Positions 8,182 through 17,986 of a DNA stretch of 36,126 bases are shown in pieces (within the stretch, counting starts at the first letter, position 1; every line of letters begins with the position of its first letter). This stretch comes from a virus (Duplodnaviria > Caudoviricetes): the IMG/VR virus record IMGVR_UViG_3300047290_000027, positions 1-36,126 of that record. One strand, 5' to 3'. The notes under the pieces were generated by a model, which saw only the letters and a program-made list of their open reading frames with translations, ran no database searches and was not told the DNA's origin. Both the position numbers and the translations under genes were made by a program.

Positions 8182-8846
8182 TGGCATTAAACCTTGGTCA
8201 GCAGATCACGACACCAGCGCAGCCGAATCTTGGCTCGCCTGGTGCGTCATACGATGAGAGGTTTCAGTCTCAGTCATTCGGTGCGCTCAATACCTACTTC
8301 AGCAAGCTGACGGCGCTGTTTGCGGCGCTGTTCGGGCCGCGCGGTGGTAAGTGGATCAACAATCCCTATGGCGCGTTTCAGGATGGCACAGATCAAGTGG
8401 CGGCCAATACGACAACGGCGTATGCCATCACATTTGACACCACCGACTTCAGCAATGGCGTTACCTTATCGAATTCGTCAAGGCTGAATGTGGCGCAGGC
8501 TGCAATTTACAATTTGCAATTCAGTATCCAGTTTACAAATACCACCAATGCATCTCAAGATGTGGATGTGTGGTTTCGCAAGAACGGCACAAACATTGAC
8601 AAATCAAACAGCAGATTTGGCTTTGCGCCAAGGAAAGGTGCTGGCGACCCATTCCACACCATTGCTGCATTAAACTTCTTTGTCAGTTTGGCGGCCAATG
8701 ACTATGTAGAAATCATGTGGCGTACATCAGATGTTGGTGTGCAGATTGAACACTACGCAGCCAGCAGCACACCCACTAGACCAGCAATACCGTCAGTGAT
8801 TGCCACTCTGACATTCGTGTCTAATCTGTCAACAGAAACCGCATAA
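8181..8846 (+). CDS. Tail-associated protein with C-terminal jelly-roll (C1q/TNF-like) domain
   Basis: ITFDTTD, YNLQFSIQ, VWFRKNG, LAANDYVEIMW; precedes nozzle gene. Confidence 0.6.
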   Translation: MALNLGQQITTPAQPNLGSPGASYDERFQSQSFGALNTYFSKLTALFAALFGPRGGKWINNPYGAFQDGTDQVAANTTTAYAITFDTTDFSNGVTLSNSSRLNVAQAAIYNLQFSIQFTNTTNASQDVDVWFRKNGTNIDKSNSRFGFAPRKGAGDPFHTIAALNFFVSLAANDYVEIMWRTSDVGVQIEHYAASSTPTRPAIPSVIATLTFVSNLSTETA

Positions 8847-8853
8847 TAAAGCC

Positions 8854-10338
8854 ATGGCACTCATACCCTTAAAAATTCCACCAGGCGTGTACCGCAACGG
8901 TACTGAGTATCAGTCTGCCGGACGCTGGTATGACGCTAACCTTGTGCGCTGGTACGAAAACACGCTACGCCCAATTGGCGGCTGGCGCAAAAAGACCGCA
9001 ACAGCATTAACAGGTAAATGTCGTGGATTGCTGACATGGCGTGACAATGGTGGTACGGCTTGGGCGGCCTTTGGTACGAATTCAAAGCTGTACGTCATGA
9101 GTGGCACAACTGCTGTTGTAAAAGAGATTACGCCAACCGGATTTTCTGCTGGTATTGCTGATTCAACCAGCATCACTGGTTATGGCTACAACACTTATGG
9201 CACAGCTGCATATGGTATTCAGCGACCAGCATCTGACACATTTACGCCTGCAACAACATGGAGCCTTGACGCATGGGGTGAATATTTAGTTGGATGCTCC
9301 AACTATGACGGCAAGCTGTACGAGTGGCAGCTGGGGTTTACAACGCCCACACTGGCCGCAGTCATCACCAACGCGCCAACCAGTTGCGCCGCAGTTCATG
9401 CAACGGCTGAAAGATTCCTATTTGCGCTTGGTGCGTCTGGCAATGGCCGTTTGGTGAAGTGGTCAGATCAGGAAAACAACACGGTATGGACACCATTGGC
9501 GACCAATCAGGCCGGTGACTTTGAGATCAATAGCAGTGGCTCACTGAAATGCGGAAAGCGCGTCAGGGGCATCAATTTGCTGTTTACTGACGTTGACGTG
9601 CATACCGCCAGCTATGTCGGCCTGCCCTACGTCTATTCCTTTGAGCGTGTTGGTGCAGGCTGCGGGGTGATATCGGCGCAGGCCGTTGCCGCCATTGATA
9701 CCGCCGCCATGTGGATGAGCAGATCAGGGTTTTGGATATATGACGGTTATGTCAAGCCTATCCCTTGCGATGTCTCTGACTACGTTTTCCAAAACATGAA
9801 CTATGCACAGGCCAGCAAGGTTTACGCAGTACACAACAGCAAGTATGGTGAAGTCTGGTGGTTCTACCCATCGAGCGCCAGCAATGAAGTTGACTTATAT
9901 GTTACCTACAACTACCGCGAAAACCATTGGAACATTGGCGTGATGGGGCGTACTGCCGGTACTGACCGAGGAGTGTTTACCAATCCTTTGATGGTGGATG
10001 CATCAGGCTACATCTATGAGCATGAAGTGGGCTATGCCTATGACTCTGGCATTGTTTACGCTGAGTCCGGTCCGGTGGAGATTGGAAACGGTGACAACAT
10101 CATGTCTGTGCGTCAGGTGATACCGGATGAGCAGACGCTGGGCGAGGTGCAGATATCGTTCAAGACGCGCTTTTATCCGATGGACACTGAGTACACCTAT
10201 GGGCCATACTCAGCCGCAATCCCTACTGATGTTAGGTTCTCTGGCCGTCAGGTGAAGATCAGGTACACCGGTGCCGTGCTAGAGGATTGGCGGGTTGGTG
10301 TCAACCGGATTGAGGCAGTAGCGGCGGGTAAGCGTTGA
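8854..10338 (+). CDS. Tail tube/nozzle (beta-propeller-like stabilisation protein)
   Basis: 494 aa; KIPPGVYRNGTEY, WSL--WGEYL, VKWSDQE, EVWWFYPS motifs; position before GNAT and internal proteins. Confidence 0.65.
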   Translation: MALIPLKIPPGVYRNGTEYQSAGRWYDANLVRWYENTLRPIGGWRKKTATALTGKCRGLLTWRDNGGTAWAAFGTNSKLYVMSGTTAVVKEITPTGFSAGIADSTSITGYGYNTYGTAAYGIQRPASDTFTPATTWSLDAWGEYLVGCSNYDGKLYEWQLGFTTPTLAAVITNAPTSCAAVHATAERFLFALGASGNGRLVKWSDQENNTVWTPLATNQAGDFEINSSGSLKCGKRVRGINLLFTDVDVHTASYVGLPYVYSFERVGAGCGVISAQAVAAIDTAAMWMSRSGFWIYDGYVKPIPCDVSDYVFQNMNYAQASKVYAVHNSKYGEVWWFYPSSASNEVDLYVTYNYRENHWNIGVMGRTAGTDRGVFTNPLMVDASGYIYEHEVGYAYDSGIVYAESGPVEIGNGDNIMSVRQVIPDEQTLGEVQISFKTRFYPMDTEYTYGPYSAAIPTDVRFSGRQVKIRYTGAVLEDWRVGVNRIEAVAAGKR

Positions 10339-10703
10339 GCGAAGAGGAAGAGTTTGAGAGACTGCGCCATCATGTGGCAGCAGCCTTAGAATACTCTGGC
10401 GGCACTCATAAAGTTGAGGACATTGCTGAAGGGATCAGGCGGGGACAGTTTCAACTCTGGCCTGGCAAGGATTCAGTGGTGGTTACCGAGATCATTGTCT
10501 ACCCGCAGTTGAAGGACTTGCACTACTTCCTTGCTGGCGGCGACCTAGATGAACTCCGATTGATGCGACCTATTATCGAATCATGGGGAAAAGAAATAGG
10601 TTGCAGCCGAGTGTCTCTCGCTGGCCGTAAAGGTTGGGAGAGAACATTCTTGAAGGGCGAGGGATACGAACCGAAGTGGTTCATTCTGTGCAAGGACTTG
10701 TAA
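10335..10703 (+). CDS. GNAT-like internal virion-associated protein
   Basis: TTG start; LHYFLAGGDL, W-K-IGC-----GRKGWER--GY; conserved podovirus position after nozzle. Confidence 0.6.
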   Translation: MSEEEEFERLRHHVAAALEYSGGTHKVEDIAEGIRRGQFQLWPGKDSVVVTEIIVYPQLKDLHYFLAGGDLDELRLMRPIIESWGKEIGCSRVSLAGRKGWERTFLKGEGYEPKWFILCKDL

Positions 10704-11618
10704 ATGGCGTACACACAATTACCGAATGGCTTGCTGGATATATCTAATCCGGCATCCACTTTGGAGATGATGAAACAGGATGTGATTCAGCAGCCTGCTA
10801 ACTTACTGTCTGTCAATCCAAGATCATTAAATTTACCAAGTGGCAGTACTGGTGAAAATCCTAATCAGGCACAGGTAAATGCATTCTTTAACAATATGAC
10901 TCCAGGTGAGTTATCTGCATTCCAAGCAAATCAAGCACAAGTTATCAATTCATTGCTTACGCCAACATTTGTCAAAGTGTTGGCTCAGATTATGGGTCAA
11001 GGAAATTCATCAGTTGGTACATCGCCTGGCGCACCAGGTACTGCGGTTGGATATGGCGGTACTGCCGCCAGCGGTATGTCTGGAATGGGGTTCTCTGCTG
11101 GCGCACCGTCAGGTCAATCTGCATCAAGCTCTGGCTCTGGCGAGGGCGGCATGAGTGCTGGCGGTGGTGGCCGTGGCGGTGATGGCGGTGCATCTTCCGG
11201 TGGTGACGGCGGTGGCGCATCATCTGGTGGTGGAGATGGCGGCGGCGCAGGAGCAGGCGGCGGTGGTGGAGCCGGTGGCGGTGCTGGCTGCTGTTTCATC
11301 ATGCTGGAGGCTAGATACGGTGACGGCACCATGGATACCGTGGTGCGCCGATACCGCGATGAGAAGATCACTGAGCGCAACAAGCGCGGCTACTACAAGC
11401 TGGCCGAGGTATTTGTCCCGCTGATGCGTGAGTCAAAGCTGTTCAAATTCATGGTGGCAAAGACATTTGCCGATCCGCTGGTGTCCTATGGGAAGTGGCA
11501 CTACGGTCAGAACAAGCATGGCTGGCTGTTCAAGCCAGTGGAAAAATTCTGGATGAAGGTGTTCAATGTGCTTGGCACTGATACACAATTCATTCGTGAA
11601 AACGGTCAAACGGTTTAA
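10704..11618 (+). CDS. Gly-rich internal virion protein with C-terminal CFI-box-like domain
   Basis: Long G/S/A/D linker then CCFIMLEARYG...RRYRD...GYY. Confidence 0.7.
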   Translation: MAYTQLPNGLLDISNPASTLEMMKQDVIQQPANLLSVNPRSLNLPSGSTGENPNQAQVNAFFNNMTPGELSAFQANQAQVINSLLTPTFVKVLAQIMGQGNSSVGTSPGAPGTAVGYGGTAASGMSGMGFSAGAPSGQSASSSGSGEGGMSAGGGGRGGDGGASSGGDGGGASSGGGDGGGAGAGGGGGAGGGAGCCFIMLEARYGDGTMDTVVRRYRDEKITERNKRGYYKLAEVFVPLMRESKLFKFMVAKTFADPLVSYGKWHYGQNKHGWLFKPVEKFWMKVFNVLGTDTQFIRENGQTV

Positions 11619-11628
11619 GGGGTAATGT

Positions 11629-12357
11629 ATGTCTAAAGGCGGTTCACAAACAAGCTCAACGAGCATTGATCCACAGGTCAAGGCTAAGTATTTGCAGCAA
11701 GTAGGTCAGGCTGAGAAGGTTGCTGGTGACCTTGGAGTACAGCAATTTGCTGGCTTTGATCCAATGTATCAGGCGGCTGAAAAAGCATCCTATGACGCAA
11801 GTATGAAGCCCTTTGGTGCTGAAGACATCATGGCTTTTCAGAATCCTTACGAGCAGAATGTTGTTCAGACATCGCTCAATGATATTGAAGAAGCGCGAAA
11901 GATGCAGGCTCTGAGCGATGCACAGCAGGCCACTGGCGCAAAAGCCTTTGGAGGTTCACGCCAGGCTGTGCAGTCAGCACTCAGCAATGAGGCGGCGCTG
12001 AAGACTGCGGCTAGAACGTCTGCTCAGTTACGCTCTGCTGGCTACGGCCAATCAGCTGCACTGGCGCAGGCTGCACGCAACATGAATCAACAGGGCTATC
12101 AGACCGCCATGAACTTAGGCTTAGGCCGACAGTCACTTGCACAGCAGCAGTTGGACGCGCAAAGGAATCTGGCGCTGCAACGTCTTGGTATCACTCAGGC
12201 TGCTATTTCAGGTCAGCCAGCTAACCTTGGTCAGACAATGACTCAGCCTACCTCACGCAATGTCGGTGCTGGTGCCTTGGGTGGTGCAATGGCTGGATAT
12301 CAGCTTGGCGGCCCATGGGGTGCAGCAGCTGGCGGTTTGTTGGGGGCATTCGGATGA
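11629..12357 (+). CDS. Internal virion/ejection protein
   Basis: MSKGG-QT, FQNPY---VV, AFGGSR motifs; Gln/Ala-rich; Gly-zipper C-terminus. Confidence 0.7.
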   Translation: MSKGGSQTSSTSIDPQVKAKYLQQVGQAEKVAGDLGVQQFAGFDPMYQAAEKASYDASMKPFGAEDIMAFQNPYEQNVVQTSLNDIEEARKMQALSDAQQATGAKAFGGSRQAVQSALSNEAALKTAARTSAQLRSAGYGQSAALAQAARNMNQQGYQTAMNLGLGRQSLAQQQLDAQRNLALQRLGITQAAISGQPANLGQTMTQPTSRNVGAGALGGAMAGYQLGGPWGAAAGGLLGAFG

Positions 12358-12698
12358 CCGACTACCTAGAGTTACTGCGAAAAAACAATCCTGCCAGTGG
12401 CTTGCGTAAGCCGATGATGGGTGAAGGCTTTGACCTGTATGGTGCCAATCAGAAACCTAATCTTGGTATGACTATGCCGTCACCTGATTATGGTGATGGC
12501 CTTGGCATCAAAGCGCCTGAGTCATTCGGTCAGATGCCTGTTGCAAATCCAAAGATGGATGCTGGTCTGGCACTGTCTTTGTTGGATGCTGGACAAGAGA
12601 AGTCCGCAAATATGCAGATGCCGCAGCTGCCAGGCGGCAGCAATCTGACATACGAGCAGTTGATGAAGATGTACGGTGTTACTGGCTTACTTGGATGA
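12354..12698 (+). CDS. Putative internal virion protein
   Basis: Start reassigned to ATG 12354 (ATGA overlap); Met/Pro/Gly-rich, ends GLLG. Confidence 0.65.
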   Translation: MTDYLELLRKNNPASGLRKPMMGEGFDLYGANQKPNLGMTMPSPDYGDGLGIKAPESFGQMPVANPKMDAGLALSLLDAGQEKSANMQMPQLPGGSNLTYEQLMKMYGVTGLLG

Positions 12699-12706
12699 GG
12701 TGAAAA

Positions 12707-14359
12707 ATGGCTGTTGATTTGAATACTGATACTGGTATTGCTGGACGTGTTGTCCCATTGCCGATGAATAAGGGATGGATGGATAACCTTGGTGGATTGC
12801 TGTTTGGTGGTGGTGGTACTGATGGCCTTGAAGGTTATCTGTCACAGCAACAGCAGGATGCTATCCAACGTCAGGCCATGATGCAGGCTGCCGCCTCGCT
12901 ACTTAAATCAAGTGGTAGAACAACGCAGCCCATCTCAATAGGTCAGGCATTGGGTGAGGCATATGGCGCTGGTTCAGCCGGTTATCAGCAGGCGCAGCAA
13001 GGTGCATTTAATCAGCTGATGACAAAGCAGAAACTGGATGAGATGAAGCGTGAGCAGCAATTGCAAAATCTGCTGATGTCTCGCATACCTGGTATGTCAA
13101 CTGGTGCAGCGCCAGCATTACAGACTGCACCAAGTGTTCAGACAATGCCTACTGATGGTTCAGCTGAAGTGCTGCCAAATGTAGCGGTAACAAGCAAACC
13201 GCGTCCTGATATCTTCTCTACTTTGACACCTGATCAGTTGCTGTTGGCCGCAATGAATCCAAAAACAATGCTGCCTAAAGTGTTTGAGGAAAGCCTTAAG
13301 AATGAGAGTTTCAACACATTGACTCCATCTGAGGTTACGTCATTGGGTCTTGATCCACGAGGCAAGTGGCAGCAGAATACTCGTACTGGTCAGATCACAA
13401 GTCTGCAAGCGCCAAAAGATGAATATGCTGTTGTCACAGGTTTAGAAGCAGAGAAATTAGGTTTGTCTGGACTTGGTAAATGGCAAGTAAATAAAACAAC
13501 AAATCAGGCAACACAAGTACCTGGTGATCCAGGTGCATTTGGCGGTGGCTTGCAAGGCAAGGCATACGACATCATTCTGGAGGGAGTAAACAGTGGAAAG
13601 ACAGATACTGTTGAATATGCTTTGGCGCATAGAGAGTTGAGCAAACCTGTTCCTATGGAACAAGTACAGGCAGATGGATCAATCAAGATTGTGTATACAC
13701 AGCCTGCTCCATTGCCGTCAGCTATCCCTAAGCCTACCTATCGTGGGACTATTCCGCAAGTGAAAAATCAGGCAACTGTTGTACCGTCTGGCGTTGCACA
13801 AACAACTCCTGCAACAACTGTCAACGCACAAACAACACCTGTTGCTTCACAAACAAAAAATGTCGGTGAAACTGGTATTCAACCTGGAGTTAAGACAACA
13901 CCTTATGCCCCTACACCCACACAAATTGGTGACGCAAGAAAGCAGATTCTGATTGCAAACAAATTGGTATCTGCAATTGATGTTTTAGAAAAAGATGTCA
14001 AGCAAAATGGTATGCAGATTGGTGGTATGGGTGAGGCTGGAGGCCGTCAAGAAGCATTCTTCCAAGATGCAATCCTGCAACTGAAAGAACTGCAAAACCT
14101 TGGTGTACTTAATGGCCCTGATGAACGCATTCTGTTACAACAACTGGCAGACCCAACAAGCCTAAAGTCATTCATTAAAGGCAAGGGCGGCCCTGAGTAT
14201 GTGCTATCAAAAATTACAGAGTTGCGTAATAAAGCAAATCGTGAAGTTGATATGATTAATAAGCAATTCCCGCAGCCAATTACAGCACCAAGGCCAGAGG
14301 CTCCATTGCCGCCAGGAGTTGCAGACATAATGAAAAAATATCCTCCAAGGAAACAGTAA
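12707..14359 (+). CDS. Putative DNA ejection/internal virion protein
   Basis: 550 aa; GAGGTG RBS; Gln-rich helical N-terminus; two LGL--(R/L)GKWQ-N--T repeats. Confidence 0.7.
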   Translation: MAVDLNTDTGIAGRVVPLPMNKGWMDNLGGLLFGGGGTDGLEGYLSQQQQDAIQRQAMMQAAASLLKSSGRTTQPISIGQALGEAYGAGSAGYQQAQQGAFNQLMTKQKLDEMKREQQLQNLLMSRIPGMSTGAAPALQTAPSVQTMPTDGSAEVLPNVAVTSKPRPDIFSTLTPDQLLLAAMNPKTMLPKVFEESLKNESFNTLTPSEVTSLGLDPRGKWQQNTRTGQITSLQAPKDEYAVVTGLEAEKLGLSGLGKWQVNKTTNQATQVPGDPGAFGGGLQGKAYDIILEGVNSGKTDTVEYALAHRELSKPVPMEQVQADGSIKIVYTQPAPLPSAIPKPTYRGTIPQVKNQATVVPSGVAQTTPATTVNAQTTPVASQTKNVGETGIQPGVKTTPYAPTPTQIGDARKQILIANKLVSAIDVLEKDVKQNGMQIGGMGEAGGRQEAFFQDAILQLKELQNLGVLNGPDERILLQQLADPTSLKSFIKGKGGPEYVLSKITELRNKANREVDMINKQFPQPITAPRPEAPLPPGVADIMKKYPPRKQ

Positions 14360-16470
14360 TGGCTAATCCAACAATTGATGATCTGTATAAGTCATTGCAG
14401 GCTGCTGATGCAGCTGGCGACACGAAAGCTGCACAGGTTCTAGCGGATTACATCAGGTCAATTGAAATTCCATCAATTGGCGGTCAAGATGAAATGAAGA
14501 TAGAGCAGACAACTGGCGCACCATTGCCAGTGCGTGCAGCTGTTGGTGTGGCTACCACCATGCAAGATAAGTTGGCAACGCTGAGGAAATTCTTTCCTGA
14601 CGCGCAACCATACGACAAAGAGAATTTTGTCTACACCGATCCTAAGACCGGACGGCCAACGCTGATGAATGAGAAGAATCCTGTATTTTTTGGAATTCCT
14701 ATCCCATCAATGGGTGATGTATTTGGTGCAATGCCTGAGATCGCAGAGACTGTTGGCTCTGCTACTGGTGCTGCTGTCATGTCTCCATTTGGGCCACCAG
14801 GAATGGTTGCTGGTGCTGGCGCTGGTGGCGCTGCATTCAAAAAGCTGTACGAGATGGGTATGCAGTATGGCGGTCCAACTGTTGAAACTAGAGGCGGCGC
14901 AGAGCAGGCCGCTGGAGTGCTTAAAGACATCACCGTCAATGCAGCCGGTCAGCGCGGTGGTCAACTGATTGAAAAAGGTTTGCCATACCTATTGACACCT
15001 ATCCAGCAGCAAATAATGGGATTACGTCAAGGAATACCGCAGGCTGCGGCCAGACTTGGCATCAAACTGCCTGCCGGTGTAGCTACTCAGAGTCCTGCTA
15101 TTCAGCGTCTTGAGGCTGGACTTGCTCAGACACCTGGCGGCGCTCAAGTAATTTCCCCTAAGTACGAACAGATGCAGCAGCAGATGGGAACTAGCGCAAC
15201 TCAGATTGCAGAGGACTTGTCTCGCGCAGAGCGTGGGCCAGGCGCGGCAGCTGGAGAGTTTTACACTGAAAAGGGTGGACTTGGTCAATTCCTTAAGGGT
15301 AGTGCTCAGGCAGCCGGTAAACGGTTTGAAGATAGACGCAACCAGATTGATGATGTTGTTGCCCATGCCGTTGGATCAAGTAACAGGTTTGCCGCCAACA
15401 ACACGGCGCAACTGGTCAGTGATTTACAAGCACAAATTGACAGAGATCCAAACACAATGGGGCCATTGTTGCAGCCCGTCATTGATCGAGCCATGCGTGT
15501 TGTGTCTGATGCAAAAGCTGGATTTGGTGGCGTTTCGTTTGATGCTCTTAGAAAAGAGAGAACAAGCATTGGAAAAGATTTAGATCGACCAGATATTTCT
15601 GGTCTTTCAGACACTTCAAATTTTGCGCGTTTGTACGCTGCCTTGCGTGCTGATGTTAGCGCAGCCGCCAAACAATCAGGACCGATTGCAGAACGCGCTT
15701 TAAAGTTGCATGATCGCTACGTCAGGTTCAACCGTGAGGTGAATTTGCCAGCCCTGCAAAAGATTGCGGATCAGGACTTAGATGTTGCAGCGGCCAACTA
15801 TGCGTTGTCTGGAACAAAGGACGGAATGGGGCGTTTGCAGCTGCTTGTGCGTAATTTCAAGCCAGAGGAGCGAGACACGCTCGCAGCTTCTGTATTTCAT
15901 CAATTAGGCAATGCCAAGGCCGGTATTAAGGAAGGCGCTGATGTCGGTGCTGATAGCTACCAGTTCAGCGCAAATACATTCCTGACCAACTGGAACAACT
16001 TAAGTGACAGTGCCAAAACCGTGTTGTTTAGCGGTGACAAGTATCGCAACATTGTTCCTGCCATCAATGATCTGGTTAAAGTGACAACTGGTGCGCGTGA
16101 GGCTGGCAAGGCCGTCAATACATCAAACACTGCTGGCGCTCAGATGGTTACATCAGCCCTGCTAGGCACTGGTGGCCTCATAGGTGGCGGCTTAAGCGGT
16201 GACGCTACAACTGCACTACTTGGTGGCGCTGGAGCCTTGGGCGGCCTTGTATTGACCAGCAACATGGCAGCCAGAATGCTTGAGAGTCCAAGGTTCATTC
16301 GTTGGGTGTCTGACACCAGCAGAGCCGTTGTCAACAATCCGAATTCATTGACTGCACAGGTTGCCAAGTTGACCGCCATTGCCGAGGCAGAGCCTGGCAT
16401 GAAGGATTCAATTGAGGCGTACTACAAACAAATCCAACCCATTGCAGTTCAGATGCGTACAGTGAGGTAG
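14359..16470 (+). CDS. Large DNA ejection/internal virion protein
   Basis: 703 aa; N-terminal L--AD-AGD--AA--LA motif; Ala/Gly-rich helical with hydrophobic Gly-zippers. Confidence 0.7.
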   Translation: MANPTIDDLYKSLQAADAAGDTKAAQVLADYIRSIEIPSIGGQDEMKIEQTTGAPLPVRAAVGVATTMQDKLATLRKFFPDAQPYDKENFVYTDPKTGRPTLMNEKNPVFFGIPIPSMGDVFGAMPEIAETVGSATGAAVMSPFGPPGMVAGAGAGGAAFKKLYEMGMQYGGPTVETRGGAEQAAGVLKDITVNAAGQRGGQLIEKGLPYLLTPIQQQIMGLRQGIPQAAARLGIKLPAGVATQSPAIQRLEAGLAQTPGGAQVISPKYEQMQQQMGTSATQIAEDLSRAERGPGAAAGEFYTEKGGLGQFLKGSAQAAGKRFEDRRNQIDDVVAHAVGSSNRFAANNTAQLVSDLQAQIDRDPNTMGPLLQPVIDRAMRVVSDAKAGFGGVSFDALRKERTSIGKDLDRPDISGLSDTSNFARLYAALRADVSAAAKQSGPIAERALKLHDRYVRFNREVNLPALQKIADQDLDVAAANYALSGTKDGMGRLQLLVRNFKPEERDTLAASVFHQLGNAKAGIKEGADVGADSYQFSANTFLTNWNNLSDSAKTVLFSGDKYRNIVPAINDLVKVTTGAREAGKAVNTSNTAGAQMVTSALLGTGGLIGGGLSGDATTALLGGAGALGGLVLTSNMAARMLESPRFIRWVSDTSRAVVNNPNSLTAQVAKLTAIAEAEPGMKDSIEAYYKQIQPIAVQMRTVR

Positions 16471-16472
16471 TC

Positions 16473-17855
16473 ATGGCAAAAGAATCAGGCTTATTAGGTG
16501 ACGTTTTAGACTATTTGCAAGACCCTAACCGCACTCAGCAAGTGCAGGGTTTAGGTGGATTGCTGCAATCTGCCGTCAGCAATGTCGGAGAATCTCAAAA
16601 CAAGTGGCGTGATTTGCAGACGCGTGCGTTTGCAGATAAAGGTAATCCACTGAAGATTACCGATCAGGCTGCATTTGAACAACTGGCAAACATGACAATG
16701 GAAGGCCCAATGTCATTAGCACCAGCTGGCATCACCAAGCGCCAAGCTACCGTGATGAATCCTGAGCGTATTGCGTATCCTGGCATCTACCAAAACCCGC
16801 GTGAATTGGTGCAGGAGGCTACAAACCGTGTAGCTACAGAAAACCCTTTGATGAAACAACTGTTTGGCGTGACCAGACAGGACTTGTTTGATATCTCTCA
16901 GCAAGGTACACGGCCAGGCAACATCACTGATGTGCCATTCAAAACAGCGGCTAATCCTAAAGGCGCTGCACACGCACAACAAGTCATGAACCCGCGCAAC
17001 ATCCAGCGTTTGCAGGACATTGTGGCCGAGGCAAAGCAGCAGCCTGAGTTGTACAAAGGCATGGCCTCTTGGTACACCATGGATCCTCTGTATCAGCGTT
17101 TCGTTGATATTTATGGCCCTGATAAAGCCATTGGTGAGTACAACAAATTCAATACATTGACGGGTATGTCCAGCCCTGGCAGCGAGGTGCTGACAGAATT
17201 AAACCGTGGCACTGCGGCCAACATGATGGACACCATGGGTAGATTTGGTGAATTCAGAAAATATGGCGGTGTTGCTGAACACAAACGCAAATCTGATTTC
17301 CCATCAGAATTAGCCTCTGTAATTGGTCATCCATATCACAGTACCGCACAAGCTGGCCCAATGGAAAAGTATTTGGAAAGCGGCTTGCTGGATATGAAGT
17401 CAGCCAAAGTGCCAAGCTACATTCATGCGTCTGGCGTACCAGAGACAGGTTTTCAGACGCAATGGCCGGTTGGGGACGCACACTGGTCACGCCTGGTAGG
17501 TTTGCCTGACGTGCGTGGCGCAACAACGTCTAAGGGAGTCCCAACAATTCCCAAGGCCAGCGCGTCAGTGCCTGAGATGGTTGCCCTTGGCCCATGGTTC
17601 AATCAGAAGATTGCTCAACCTATGGGAATGGAGGCAGTGCCTGCTCAAGCGGTTATATGGGGCGCAGGCTCAGGAGCAACTGGAGTGACTTCACCAATTG
17701 GCGCACCAAAACTGGAATTGCTGGCGCAACAGATTGGCGAAACAGCTGCTCGTCTTGGTGTTTCACCTGAAACTGCTAGAGATATGGTCATTCGCGGTCA
17801 AGCTCATGCTGGCGGTATGACCAAAGGCGGCCTGCTGTCACCGTCAGACTACTGA
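16473..17855 (+). CDS. Putative internal virion protein with globular enzyme-like domain
   Basis: 460 aa, last gene of late operon; GLL motifs at both ends; WY...SP...K--Y...D-H--R...QA--W pattern. Confidence 0.7.
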   Translation: MAKESGLLGDVLDYLQDPNRTQQVQGLGGLLQSAVSNVGESQNKWRDLQTRAFADKGNPLKITDQAAFEQLANMTMEGPMSLAPAGITKRQATVMNPERIAYPGIYQNPRELVQEATNRVATENPLMKQLFGVTRQDLFDISQQGTRPGNITDVPFKTAANPKGAAHAQQVMNPRNIQRLQDIVAEAKQQPELYKGMASWYTMDPLYQRFVDIYGPDKAIGEYNKFNTLTGMSSPGSEVLTELNRGTAANMMDTMGRFGEFRKYGGVAEHKRKSDFPSELASVIGHPYHSTAQAGPMEKYLESGLLDMKSAKVPSYIHASGVPETGFQTQWPVGDAHWSRLVGLPDVRGATTSKGVPTIPKASASVPEMVALGPWFNQKIAQPMGMEAVPAQAVIWGAGSGATGVTSPIGAPKLELLAQQIGETAARLGVSPETARDMVIRGQAHAGGMTKGGLLSPSDY

Positions 17856-17986
17856 TCAATCCAATCAATGATCCAACCGATGGCCTCTTGTGCTGTCGGT
17901 ATTTCACCTGTATCTGCCTCAACTTCATTAGCCTGGTCAAGTAATTCCATCAGGAATGCTTTGAGTTTTTCTTTTTCAATCATCAT
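17849..17986 (-). CDS. Small acidic hypothetical protein (45 aa, not in ORF track)
   Basis: MMIEKEKLKAFLMELLDQANEVEADTGEIPTAQEAIGWIIDWIDQ; ATGA overlap with upstream gene; GGAG RBS. Confidence 0.65.
   Translation of the reverse strand: MMIEKEKLKAFLMELLDQANEVEADTGEIPTAQEAIGWIIDWIDQ

Noticed and set aside
11114-11383. Pro-rich minus-strand ORF
   Set aside because: Mirror of the poly-Gly linker (GGN read as NCC/CCN).
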